A stretch of DNA of 64,000 bases, taken from the NCBI GenBank assembly GCA_030704615.1, contig CM060732.1, positions 26,536,001-26,600,000 on the forward strand, in the 5' to 3' direction. A model generated the notes under the pieces. That model saw nothing but the letters and a program-made list of their open reading frames with translations. It was not told where the DNA came from and did no database searches. The stretch is from Takakia lepidozioides (Eukaryota; Plantae; Bryophyta). A program made the translations under genes and the position numbers. This document shows, one piece after another, positions 23,501-35,500 of the stretch; within the stretch, counting starts at the first letter, position 1; each line of letters begins with the position of its first letter.

Positions 23501-26500
23501 TGGTGTATAATTACAGAACCAAGAGGCATTATGTTTCAACTAGGTTTATCGGACCTCTTTTGAGTGAATGCCAGAGTCAATCAACTACCTACAAATCCTT
23601 GATACTCCTGTGGATATAATGCAGCTGGATGAGGATGAAGGTGAAGATGAGGATGAAAAGCTGTGGTGGCCAGCAAAGATTGTAACAGAAAAGGAATTGC
23701 CCCCAGAAGTTTTGGAGCAACTTTTGCCCATCAAGGGCAAGATTGTGTCCCTTTTTCACCCTCCAAAATTATCACCACCATTCCGGGTTGTGAAACGAAG
23801 GTGGGCCTCCAGAGATTTTATTTGTATGCCTTCTTGTTCAACAGGGAGGATGGACTAGCCAGCACAATGGTTCTATTTTTATGCTGGTTGTTTGCTCAAA
23901 GTACTTTTCATATGAACTATAAAAGTCTCCATGTAAGATTTCTCATGTTGACAAATTCAAGAACAGTTTTTCAATATGTGTTGCCTTCCCTCCCTCCTCT
24001 TCAATAATGAAAGACAATGCAGAAACCCTGGCTTGGAGGCAGTCTTTCTTGGGATTGCCCTTTTTCAAAGGACTCTAGTGCAATGAGCCAGTCACAAACT
24101 TACGGATGCCACACTTCACTAGGCAGGGTGTCACTAACTGGAAGAGAAATTTTGGGCTTTTGAAGCAGCTGTTTACATCCATTCGAGACGTGTTACGATA
24201 AACATAAGGATCAGATGGACACGGTGGAGTTCAGAGCAGCAGTCAGTCAGGCTCACAGTTTGTATCATACACACAAGCATGAATTGGAAGGAATCACCGG
24301 TATAGCTGGCGAAGAAGTCAGAGGTGGGGGGGATAGCACTCTAGGAATGCAAGCGAAGGGGGTTCTCACAGAAAAGCAAGCTGATGGGGAAGCTCAGTCC
24401 AATGAAATCAGGGATGGACTCAGGCACAGTCAGGGAGAGAGCCTGACTGTTGCGGCTGACATTCAGAAAGTGCAGAATGACGAGGTACCTCCAGAGAGTG
24501 TGACTCAACAAGCGAAATCGCACTCAGATGATGTTGTTGGGAGGGGGAAAGCTACATCTGTGGAGAGGAACTACAGTGGTGGGTTCATTGGAGAGAGGGA
24601 TGCTGGTGATGAAGTCCAAATTGGCAGGAGGCTAGAGTCGCAGCAAGTGGAAGACCGGGATGTTTGTGAAATACTTCATCCACACAATGAAAGGGTGACA
24701 TTGGAGCTCGATCTAAAGTTAGGGGATGGAAAGAAGGCTGTTGCATTTGATTTCTCAACTAGGGAGCTTCATTTGCAGGACGGGAGTGTCCTTAAGATCG
24801 ATGCCGTGTCGCTTGGACAGGGGTTGAATAAGAGCTTCCAAGGCCCAACTCCTCGTGAGTGTGTTCAGGAGCTGGGGAAAGAAAGTTTTAGGAGTAGGTT
24901 TCCGCGGGAGGGCCGGAGCTCCAAGGGGTTGAATTTTGCGACATTGGACAAAAACAGTGAGTTCGCAAAGAGGCTGAAGGACACCTGGGCCAGGGAGTAT
25001 GGCCAAGAGGAGTTTACCAGCTTGTTGCCATCAGCGTTTGTGGCAGCATGTGTCATGGAGGAAAAGGGGAAGGCTGTAAACTGGGCAGGGGAGATTTCCA
25101 GTGATCTGGCTATAGAATTGAAGGGGATAGTTTCAGGAGTGAGACAGGCCATACTCCCAGCTAGACATAAGATGCTGGTTGAGTACGGAGCGAAGATGCA
25201 GAGAGAGAAAGGCCAATCCTCTGAGGCCTCCCAAGTGCCCAAAGGGTTGCGGAAGGAAGAGGCAGGGGCGGCACCCATTGCATTGGGAGGGAAGGGTGAG
25301 GAAGCAGCTGACTTCAAGGAGTATAACCACTTTTGTCAGCGATGCACGCATGGTGGCGAGCTGCTGTAAGGCTTTCCCTGCTTTTTATACCCAGTCTTGT
25401 ATCAGTCTTGGGTGGACTGTAAAGGTTTGAAATGAATATCACTATCAGACCATGGAAATTACATTAAAACAATGATGTGTACAAAATGTTATATGGTATT
25501 AGACACTTGCTGCAGAAGTTTAGTTACATTCCCTTGTTGTCTCTACTCTGTAAACGTGATATATAGAAAAGATGCTACTTTGCCCCTGACTACGAGTATT
25601 CGCAGGCTGTGTCTCTGTATGACTCTGACACTTCAATGCAGCTGTTGTGATGGCAGGAGCTGCCGAAAGACGTATCACCTGAACTGCCTGAACCCACCCC
25701 TTGATAAAGTTCCAAGCACCAGCTTTCTTTGTCCCAGCTGTTCAGAGAGTCCGGTGGTGGAAAAAACTCCCCTTGCCCAACAGAGCAGAGGCTGTAAAGA
25801 AGAACCAATTGGCAAGCAACTTGTTCCAAGTACTGGATTCGTGGAAACTTGTGGTGCTGGATCAGTAGCTTTAACATCTGTACTTGAGGAAGGTGGCATG
25901 CCTATTTTAGGCGAAGCGGCCATTGGAGATGACCAGGACGGCAGGTACTTTTGTCCCCTAAATCGCACTTCTTTCATCTGTTCGCTTTCTTCTGGAATTG
26001 CGTACCCCTGCTCAGAGCAGCCTTGTCCCTTTCATCTCAAAGTTGCATGGCACTGTTCTTGCTCTGCTAGTGCTGGCACTTGCATCTCACAATCTCAATG
26101 TACTTTGTCTATTCATAGGGTTATGAAGCTCACTTTGCTGCCATGCCTTCCTTACAAGAAAATGGGGGTGTGATGACAGAAGCAAATCCTTTGATGGGAC
26201 TGAATCGGTAGGTGTAGAGGAGGGAAATGTCTCCTATCATGAATTGGGGCTGGCTCAACTGGTGACAGCAATAGATACTGTTGGCAAATCTGGGAGCAAG
26301 GAAATGGCGGTTGAGGAGTGTGACACTAGGGGTGGTGATAGAATCAGTCCAATGGAGCTGTTGACCAAAGAAAATCTTTGTGGACCTGTCTCACAACCGT
26401 CAAGTGGACCAGCTACAGAAGGTGAGGAAGTCGTGCATGATGAACCAGCCACTATGCAACTCTCACCTTGCAATAAGGGCAAAGCAATCGATGATGCAAC

Positions 26501-29500
26501 CATCCCTTCCAAAGAGGGAAGTTCAGGAAAGCCAGGAGATACGAATGAATGCAGAGGTGGTGGGAGTAAAAGCAACACTTTGCAATGCTTGAACTCTGAC
26601 AAATCACCTATGCATGTTCTGCCACGGGCTACTGGTGCCACCTTCAGTCCCATCCAGCTGGTAAACAGGGATGAACGGAGCGGTAGCCGCGGCGAAACGT
26701 GTCTGCTGCAACCGGTGGCTGCTGATGTTTTGCCTGTTCCAGTTGAGTCTCTGTATGTGGACCTTGAGGAATCAGAGCTGGAAGAAGGGGAATTTGTGCC
26801 CCAGAGGAAGTGCATCAATCTGGTGGATCCTGAAGAGAGACGAAAGGATCTTGAAGCTTCAATCTCACAGCCTTCCCTGTTGGCTTCATCCTGGGTGGCT
26901 CTGGAATGTACGCCCTTGTCGAGTGTTCAAGGGACAAACCCGATTAGGGTAGACTCCCTTGTGATGGCAGAAGCTTCAGGCCCTGGTGAACATCAGAATT
27001 CATCAGCTGATGAGGGGGTTAATGGCCAGAGGCAGTGGGATGAAAATGCCAGCAGTGATGACCACAACAGCATCTGCGAGGAGTGTGAAATTGGTGGAAG
27101 GCTTATGTGAGAGAGCACACTCCTTCACTTCATTTGTTTTATGTATTGCACCTGTCTATGTGTGCAGTCCTTTCTGTTCTTTCAGTTTTGGCACTTGCTT
27201 ACATACTTTAGGGAGCATCTTGCAAAAACCCTTTCCTTGTCAGGTTGATCATGTCTGACTGAAAGTTTGTCCTTCTGTTGGGGTGATTTTTGCACAGCTG
27301 CTGTGATGGCAAGGGTTGTAGGGTTGTTTACCACATTGGGTGCTTGGACCCTCCGTTACTTGAAGTTCCTGAAGGAGAATGGTACTGTCCACAATGTGAC
27401 ATAAAGCGGAAAGGAGCAATAGTAGAAAAGATTTGGGCTGTGCGGGATGTTGGCAGCATTTCGACAACATTGCATGGAGTTCTTTCAAATGGGATGACAG
27501 ATCACAAGGGGAGAGGGGGGAGCAGCAAGGGAGACAGTGTCGATGACGTTGAAGGAAACAAGATGGATGATGTAGAGGATTGTCAGTATACAGCTGTTGA
27601 TGTGGTAGTTGATAACAATGATGAAGTGGCAGTGGGTGGCAGAGACATGCCTGTGAGCAACAGATCCTACAGAGTATCACAAAGGTCAAGCCAGAATCAA
27701 ACAGAGATGAATGGGGAGGGAGAAGGTGGTAATGGACAGCCAAAAGAGAGTGACCAAATTAGGCAAATCCTTGAGAAGGGGTCAAATCTTCACCAGGGAC
27801 ATGAAGGTGAGCCTGATGCTGTAGAGAAGGAGTACTTTGTGCAGTGGAAATCACGTGCGCATGCCCACAACAAGTGGATCTCAGAGAGGGAGCTTGAAAT
27901 GTCCACACCGAAAGAGCTTGCCCGTTTCAAGAAGAGCTTAGCACATGGAGAGGTGACCTACTTTCTCCTTCCCATCTTATATGTGGTCTTCTGAGGAGAT
28001 GGATCCCCTGACCCCTTGGGGGTCCCTCAGATGTTCACTCTAGTCATTTACATCTCTTGGTCCTCGGGCTTTTTCATTATTCAGTCATGGTATGCTCTGT
28101 TTCTGAAGACTGGAGTTAGATTTGTCATGTGTTGGGAATGTCTATTGCCGATACTTGAACCATCATCTGCTTTGAAAATTCATTTTGTTTTCAGTTTCTT
28201 AGCAGAAGACCAGTTTCTTGACCAGACCTTCTATCTTCAGGCTGCAGTTTCACAGACGCATTAGTGGCTCTTGTAGCAAGTACATTGAATTATGTACTGT
28301 AAATATTATATCCATCTACTGCTTGCACCTCTCTGTGCTTCTGCTATGCTACCTGGTTTGATGCAGCTGCAAATAAGGCTCTTGCCATGTGTAAAGATTG
28401 GTTGTACTCTGTAAATTGTTCCAGTAGCAACCTTGAAAAAGCCAAGTTTTTGCTTGTAGGGTATTCAATTTCTTTCATTTCCTCCATTCTAACCTTTTAC
28501 TTGACTCACTACTCAGGTGATGGGACGATGGAATCCCGAATGGGCTGAGCCACAACGCCTAATTCAGAAAAGGTGCCCGGGAGCAGGACGCGGAAGAGGT
28601 CATGTCTTGAGGGGTGATGATTGTGGGGATGAGTGGTATGTAAAATGGAAAGGTCTGGGGTATGAGCATTGCACTTGGGAACCTGTGGATTCGGGTGTAC
28701 TTGCTGGTCCTAAAGCAAGCCAGCTCATATCTGCCTATGAGGAGAGGGCAGAGGCAGCAGAACAGCGGGCAATGCCTGAAAGAGCTGAAGAGGTACTAGC
28801 TTGGCATAAAAAGGCAGTTGCCATCCATTTTTCAAGATAAAGGATTACATGACAGGTTCTTTGACAGTGGTGAGATGAGACTGTGTTCTGATCTGGGGAC
28901 CTTTTGTTTCATGGAGCATTGTATTATCCACAATGTTACAAGTAGAATGTACCATAAGTTTGCTTATAGGAATGGATAAGTGGCTTGACTGAGTGAGCCC
29001 AGTGCTTTCCGGAGATGGATCTATCTGGGTATAGTTAGACCTGAAAGCACTACAGGAGTATAGGTCATTTGATTGTCCCTCTAAATATAGTCTAACTGTT
29101 GGATCTTTTATCTAGGCGAAAGGCCTTCGGAACCACCCGTTTGTGAAGTTAGAGATACAACCAGATTGGATACCTCTCAGATTGTTGCCAGGCCAGCTGG
29201 ATGCACTTAATCATTTACGCAAGTGGTGGCATAGCGGGAGGAACGGCATCTTGGTGGACGAGGCCAGTCAGGTCTCAAAGCTTTTGCTGGACGCCCTTTG
29301 AAGTTGTCAATTGCCCTGTAAATTTGAAAGTTTCTCAATTTTTGCACAACATTCTGGTGTCTGATGACTCGTATTGGATGCAGGAGAAGATCGTGAGAAT
29401 TATTCTGTTTCTTCTTGCCCTTGTAGAGGAGTACCGGGTGGTGAAGCCGATTCTGGTCGTGGTTCCATTTAATGTGGTTTCAAGTTGGGAACATGCGCTA

Positions 29501-32500
29501 CAACTCTGGGCCCCAAATATCAATGTGGTCTCCTTCGCTTCAAAGAGTGAAGACGCAAGAGATATCATTCGAAGATATGAATTCAACCTCCAGAGTGGGC
29601 CTTTCAAACCACAGATGGTTTTGACAACGTTTGAAGTCATCAATTCTGTAAGAGAGGTTATCCCTCCTGCATGCCAGTAAGGTTGTACTTCAGGTTTTAT
29701 GTTTGTGAAAGCAGCTGTGCTTATATTGCACCCATAAAGAGATCATAAACTTTCTACTGATATTGACACAGGACTCGGATTGCCTGAAGAAGCTCGATTG
29801 GGAGGCTTTGATAGTGGATGATGGGCGACGTCTACGCACAACAAAAACATATCGTCCCTTAAGCCAGATTAAGTCTGCATTCCGCCTGCTACTCTTGGGC
29901 GAACCTATGAAGGTATTGGAGCTCTGCTAGGGTCCTTTTGAGCGTCAATGGACAGGTGTACCGCATTGACCTTGTTAATGGCGTGGTTTATCATCTATGT
30001 CCCTCTTTTCAAGCGTTCTGTGGGGCCAGGATACTTCCTCTCCTTCTCCACCCAAATTGGGCGCGCTGGATATTGTCAGTTTAGGTCATTTATGCATCTC
30101 CTTCCTTCCTACCTACCCTCCTCTCCCTCTTTCACAAAGTCTAATGAGTGTATGACTGTCTTTCTCTTCTTTTATGGCTTTCATCAGCTCTAGTGTTGTG
30201 ACCAGTGTTATCTGTCCGCAGCGTACCCTGGAGGAGCTATCGCAGTTCTATGCATTTATTGAGCCACAACTGTACAGACAGGAGGAAGGAATTCAGATGG
30301 CTGAACTGCAGGATAGATTGGTTGGGCGTGTACATGAGTATATTCCAAGGATCTGCATGACAGAATACTGGGTCCCTGTGGAAATGCCCTCAGTGCATGT
30401 CCGCCAGTACTGTGACATTCTTGTACATAACTATGGCACACTTTCTCGCAACCGCCGTGAACAGTGTATATCACAGATTCAAACAGTGGTTGGGAAACTT
30501 CGCCAGGTAACTCATGTAAACATTGTTGCTTAGCAAAGAGTTAGGTGGTCAGTCATAATGCCAGACTTTCAAAGACTACTTTGTGTAGAGTCCACATTTC
30601 GAAGCCTATCTTGTTTTTATTAGGTCAATGTTTTCTCTACAAAGCTATGTTCTTGGAGAGAATGTATTCTTCACAGATGGGAAGGCTTACATGGGTTCTG
30701 TCATCTGTGGGGGTCAGTCCTGCAATCATCCATTTTTGGCAGATCCTACACTCGAGGGGCCCATGGGGAAGGATCTCACCACCCCAAGGGAGGTACTGGA
30801 GGCACACATTCAAATCAGTGGGAAAATGCAACTGCTGCATCTGATACTCCCCCTCCTTCAGGTGGCAGGGCAGCGTGTCCTCATCCTCTCCCAGGTATAC
30901 TATCAACTTCTTGAGGTCTGCTTTGCATGAGCCAATACAGTATTAAGGTACAAAACAGATCCTAGGGGATTTCCTTCAGCTTGGAAACTATTTAGTGAGG
31001 GCTGATGACTGAGGGGTTTTCTCTCTCATTGCTCGTTCTTGAGTCTCTGAATTTATAAAAGAGGTGATTCTGTCATCTACCCATCTGTCATATATCCCCT
31101 GCATGTTGCAGACTTGTCACTCTCACATCCTTAGGTGATAGCGCGCTGCCACTTCCGCTGACACACTGTTTTCCCCCTTTTCATATATCAAAGAGGAATC
31201 TTTGCTTCAAACTGCTCTTTATCACTTGACAGAGGTTTCCCGCTCAAACTGGGCGCGGGGTCAATGGCCACAAGGCTACGGCGAACAACGTCTTATGAGT
31301 ACAATCTCTTGGAAGCAGAGTTGAACAGAGTTGTCCATGAAAAGAATTCTTGGACAGCTTCAGAAGGAAAAAGTTCTACAAAACCTGCCAAACCTTGCAA
31401 TAAATGGAATGTTCCCCTTTGTCATAGGTACTTTGTTGGAAAAAATACTGACACTAATGGGGTATTTGATGCTTCTCTGGTTGATCAGGAAATAAACCAA
31501 CTCAACACCCTCCATAAGTACATGAATCAGTTGTTTGGGGGCGATTCATTTGAACAAGTGTATTCGGACCTTGCTGTCAACGCAAAGCAACGTGCGAGTG
31601 AGCATTTCAATTCTAAAGACTCCAAGCAGTTTGTGTTCTTACTCAAAACCGGTGTTCATGTTTCCTTGACAAATGTTGATCTAGTGATCATCTATGACAG
31701 TGACTGGAACCCGTCCAACGACACCCGGGCATTGAATAAAGTGCACATTGAAGGTGAAAGAAAACACCTTACTGTATTCCGGCTCTATACACACTTGAGT
31801 GTTGAAGAGAGCATGCTGATTTTGGCCCGTGAAAAGCAGATGCCTTCAGTTATATCAGGGGCAACTGTTAGTGGGAAGCTGTGCCAGAAACTCCTCATGT
31901 GGGGTGTTCATAGGCTGTTTGAATTGAATGATGAGTTGAATGGGAGCAACTGGAGTCCTAGGGAACACAAACAAACTTTGTGGAAGGCAGTACATGGCAA
32001 CGCATTGTCAGCGTCAACATCCAAAAGAAGGATGCCAAATATTATTTATAGTGTGGAGAGAGTCCGAAAACTTCTGGAGGGGGCCTTTGCCCAGGAGTGT
32101 TGTTCCAACCGAAACGGGGATGAACTCTTGGAGGCAGTTTTGGTCCCAAGAGAGTTAGAAGGAAATAAAAGCACTAGAGGGGTGCCCTTGTTTGGGGAAT
32201 GTGATGTGGACATGGTTGATGTGGATGCTGGGGAATCGCCGGAGGTCTTTTGGTCGGTTTTTCTGAAGGAGAGGCATGCAGAGTGGCAAGCAAAGGAGGT
32301 ATGTATGTGTGGATTCTATTGCAGTTCTGTAATGACGCTGTTTCCTGTTTTCCTTGGGGCAAAGCAGTGCTGCTAGGACTGCAGCAGAAGATGCAACTCA
32401 ATGTGGAGAACCCTGTAAACTGTGTGGCTATAGTGATATCCCAGGAAGACAATGGAATGTTGCATTACTTCATGATTTTGTCCGCTTAAGATGTCAACTC

Positions 32501-35500
32501 TTCTCTTGGAAGTTTAGTTTCAGTCAGTATGCATTGACCTCACCCATTTTTTGTCCTCATGTTTGTTAGGTGAACGCCCTAGGCAAAGGACAAAGGGTGA
32601 GGAAGAAAGTGGTATATAGTGAAGATGCTATGGCATCTGCAGCCTACTCCAAAGCCCAGGCTGCTGAAGATGGACAAGAGGGGAGGCGTCGGAGGCGTCG
32701 GCGATCAATGGAGCGCAGTGATGAATACCCCCTTGAAAGTGGTGGAGAGGGCACCCAGGAGGGCCACGTAGCCTTGTCTGATCTGACAAGTAGTTTGCAT
32801 ACTGACATGGAGGCTACAGCTGCCAAGGCTTTCTCTACTGATTCAGGGGCCGTAGACGCTGGAGTTGGTGATCCAGAAGTGCAAGGGGAGGCGGCAGAGG
32901 AAGACCATGCGCGGACAATGGAGGGCAGCAAGGCTGACTCCCTTTTCCTTAGTGGTGGGGAGGGCACCCGGGGGCGGGAAGCAGCCTTGTCTGATCTGGG
33001 CCCAACAGTGACAGTTCCTACGAACATGGAGGCTACAGCTACCGCCGCGTTCTCTACTGAGATACAGTGTGCAGAAGCAGGAGGTTGTGGGCTGGAAATA
33101 CAAAGCGAAGCAGAAAGAAAGGAGGCACAGATCAAACACATTTGGACAATGAAGTCTTTGCTTACCGAGCTTTGCCAAACTCTACATCTTCCGGTAGAAT
33201 GTTGTCTTCATATTTTTATAACATTGTTATTTGGGTTTTGGGTTTCTTTCAGTCAATGACTGAACATACCTTGTTATGTTGAATCACAGGAATTTATCCG
33301 GAATCGTGCTCACGAGTTGTTGATTCATGTCATTCACACCTCTAAGCTGCTCAAGCGGTCTTCAAGTCGATTAGAGATCATTGCTCTAGAGCTCACTCTG
33401 GTAATCTGTCAGCATCATTTTGTCAGCATCACTTTGTCATCATCATTTTGTCAGCATCATTTTGTCGGTGTAATTGTCGAAGACATTCATGTATCAGGAA
33501 GACAAAGACAGTAGCCAGTTTTTAATTATAGGTTGTTCTCAGTAACAGAAGTTGTTGTTACATGTACATGTGATCTGATAAGTTAGCATGTGATCTCAAT
33601 AAGTTAGCAGTTCTGCTATCGCTTAGAGCTGCTGCTGAAGTGCGCTTTGCAGTAGTCCTTTTTTCCACCAATTGTAGAAGAAATTACATGTGTTTAATTG
33701 ATCAGGAACCCAGCTTCGTATCACTGAAGATCTGTTGTGGTGGTGACAGTGTTGGGTGGCAGCCGATGAGCTTTGTCACCCTCTGGACCAGTCAGCAACA
33801 GTTGCCATCGCAGAAGCAGAGATGGGTGTCAAGTATGACAGCCATGACCAGCTTCAGCAGTACTTGTTCCCAAAGGTGAAGGTGATGTGTGTTAACTACC
33901 AGAAGGAACAGCCACCTCAGCAACTAGCAATACTGCCACAGGAGCCCTTGGTGCCATCTCAACTTTCTACGCCCTCTACAGCTCAGCCAATCTCACTTCC
34001 CCAGCCTGACGCTCAAGGAGAATCCACGGGTGCTGCACAAGTGCCTGACAAGTCAGAAACTAATTTCCAATTGCAGAGGTTACCCTATGCGGCAGATGCT
34101 TCAGAGGTGGCTATTCAGCCATCCCCATCTTCTCTGCAGGTCCTCCTACCTGCGGTGCCTGAATCTCCACAAAATCTGGAACCACAACTGCAGTCACTCC
34201 AAGTTCCTTCAGTGCAATCCATGTGTGCCTCTCAGGAGCTTAACCCTGGAATTGAAGTTCAATCGGTTGTGTCAGTATCACAACTACAGTTGCTGGATGT
34301 AGCTGATTCTGCAGATGTTATTCAGGTGTGTTCGCAGCCGCCTGAATCTTCCTCTTGTTTGCAGCCTCAGCCAACAACTTTTTCTATAAGTTCCCAACCC
34401 CAAACGCAGTCGCTTCAGGGACTGGGGGTAGAATATGTGGATGCTGAACAGGAGCTGGTGCGAGCACCAGCAGTCTCTCCCTCCTCTGCATCTCTGCATG
34501 AAATTGAAGGGCAGTTGGCTGAGTCAGAAACTCAACCTCCGCATCCCCCATCTTCCTGTGCTTTGCAGGCCCCCATATTAACCTCATCCAAAACTCCACG
34601 AAGCCCTCAACTCCAACTGGAATCTCTTCAAGTGCAGTTAGTGGAATCCACAGATGCTGCACAGGAGGTAGTGCCAGCCCCAGCCAACCAATCTGTCTCC
34701 CCACTGGCGTGTGAAAGAGAGTCAGCGTTATCAGAAAGTCGACTTCTTGTCAACATGGCAGAGCCACCTGCAGCCCCCTGCACTTCACAGCCCCCGCCGC
34801 CAGCTGTTTGTGAAATTCTGCAACATCCCCAGCCCCATTTGCAAGGAAGTCAAGTTGTCCAGGCAGAAACAAGATCACCCCACATTGCCAATGCTTGTCA
34901 AGATCCAGTGCAGCTGCTGCCTCCTTCCGTGCCCTCAGAGCCCTCGTCAACTCCCACGGTGTCTTTTTTTTCCCCTCTAATTATACTAGACTGTTTTTGG
35001 TAAACTTCCTAGGACTGTGAGGGAGGTAAGTTAAGACATGGGCATACAATGCAATCTCCCGAGGTTTTGGACTTTTGACTTTTGAGACTAGTTGTACTGT
35101 GTAATTGATTGTCTTATGTTGCAGATTTTATGCACCCTGTATGCATTCTCATCATTATCTGTTTTCTCAGAGCTTATGTACGACTCTCCTATATCAGCTG
35201 ATTCTGTTTCTGCTATAAAGACCAGACTACTGATTACAGATTGACACAGACTGTTGCTGTTCAGTCTAACATGCTCCAACAACGGCCGCCACAAGAGTTG
35301 CCCGCCCATCTGAAGGCGAAGTTGAGTGAGGAGCGTAGGTACGTGATCAATGGGCAGACAAAGGAGGTTGACCACTTTACCCAGCAAGTGGCAAGAGACA
35401 AGGCCGAGCTCAAGAAAAAGTTTGACGTGGCATGTGCTAATTTCTCTACTACACATGCAAGCGCTGCACCCATGATCACGTTACAAGGTAAGCTTTATGA

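Noticed and set aside
31264-31488. N-terminal part of the 370-aa ORF (MATRLRR...)
   Set aside because: Intronic read-through starting in a LINE 3' remnant; the real exon begins after the AG at about 31488.
21461-35479. Many 100-190 aa ORFs on the minus strand or in alternative frames within the MOM1-like gene
   Set aside because: Shadows of long GC-balanced exons with no independent motifs.
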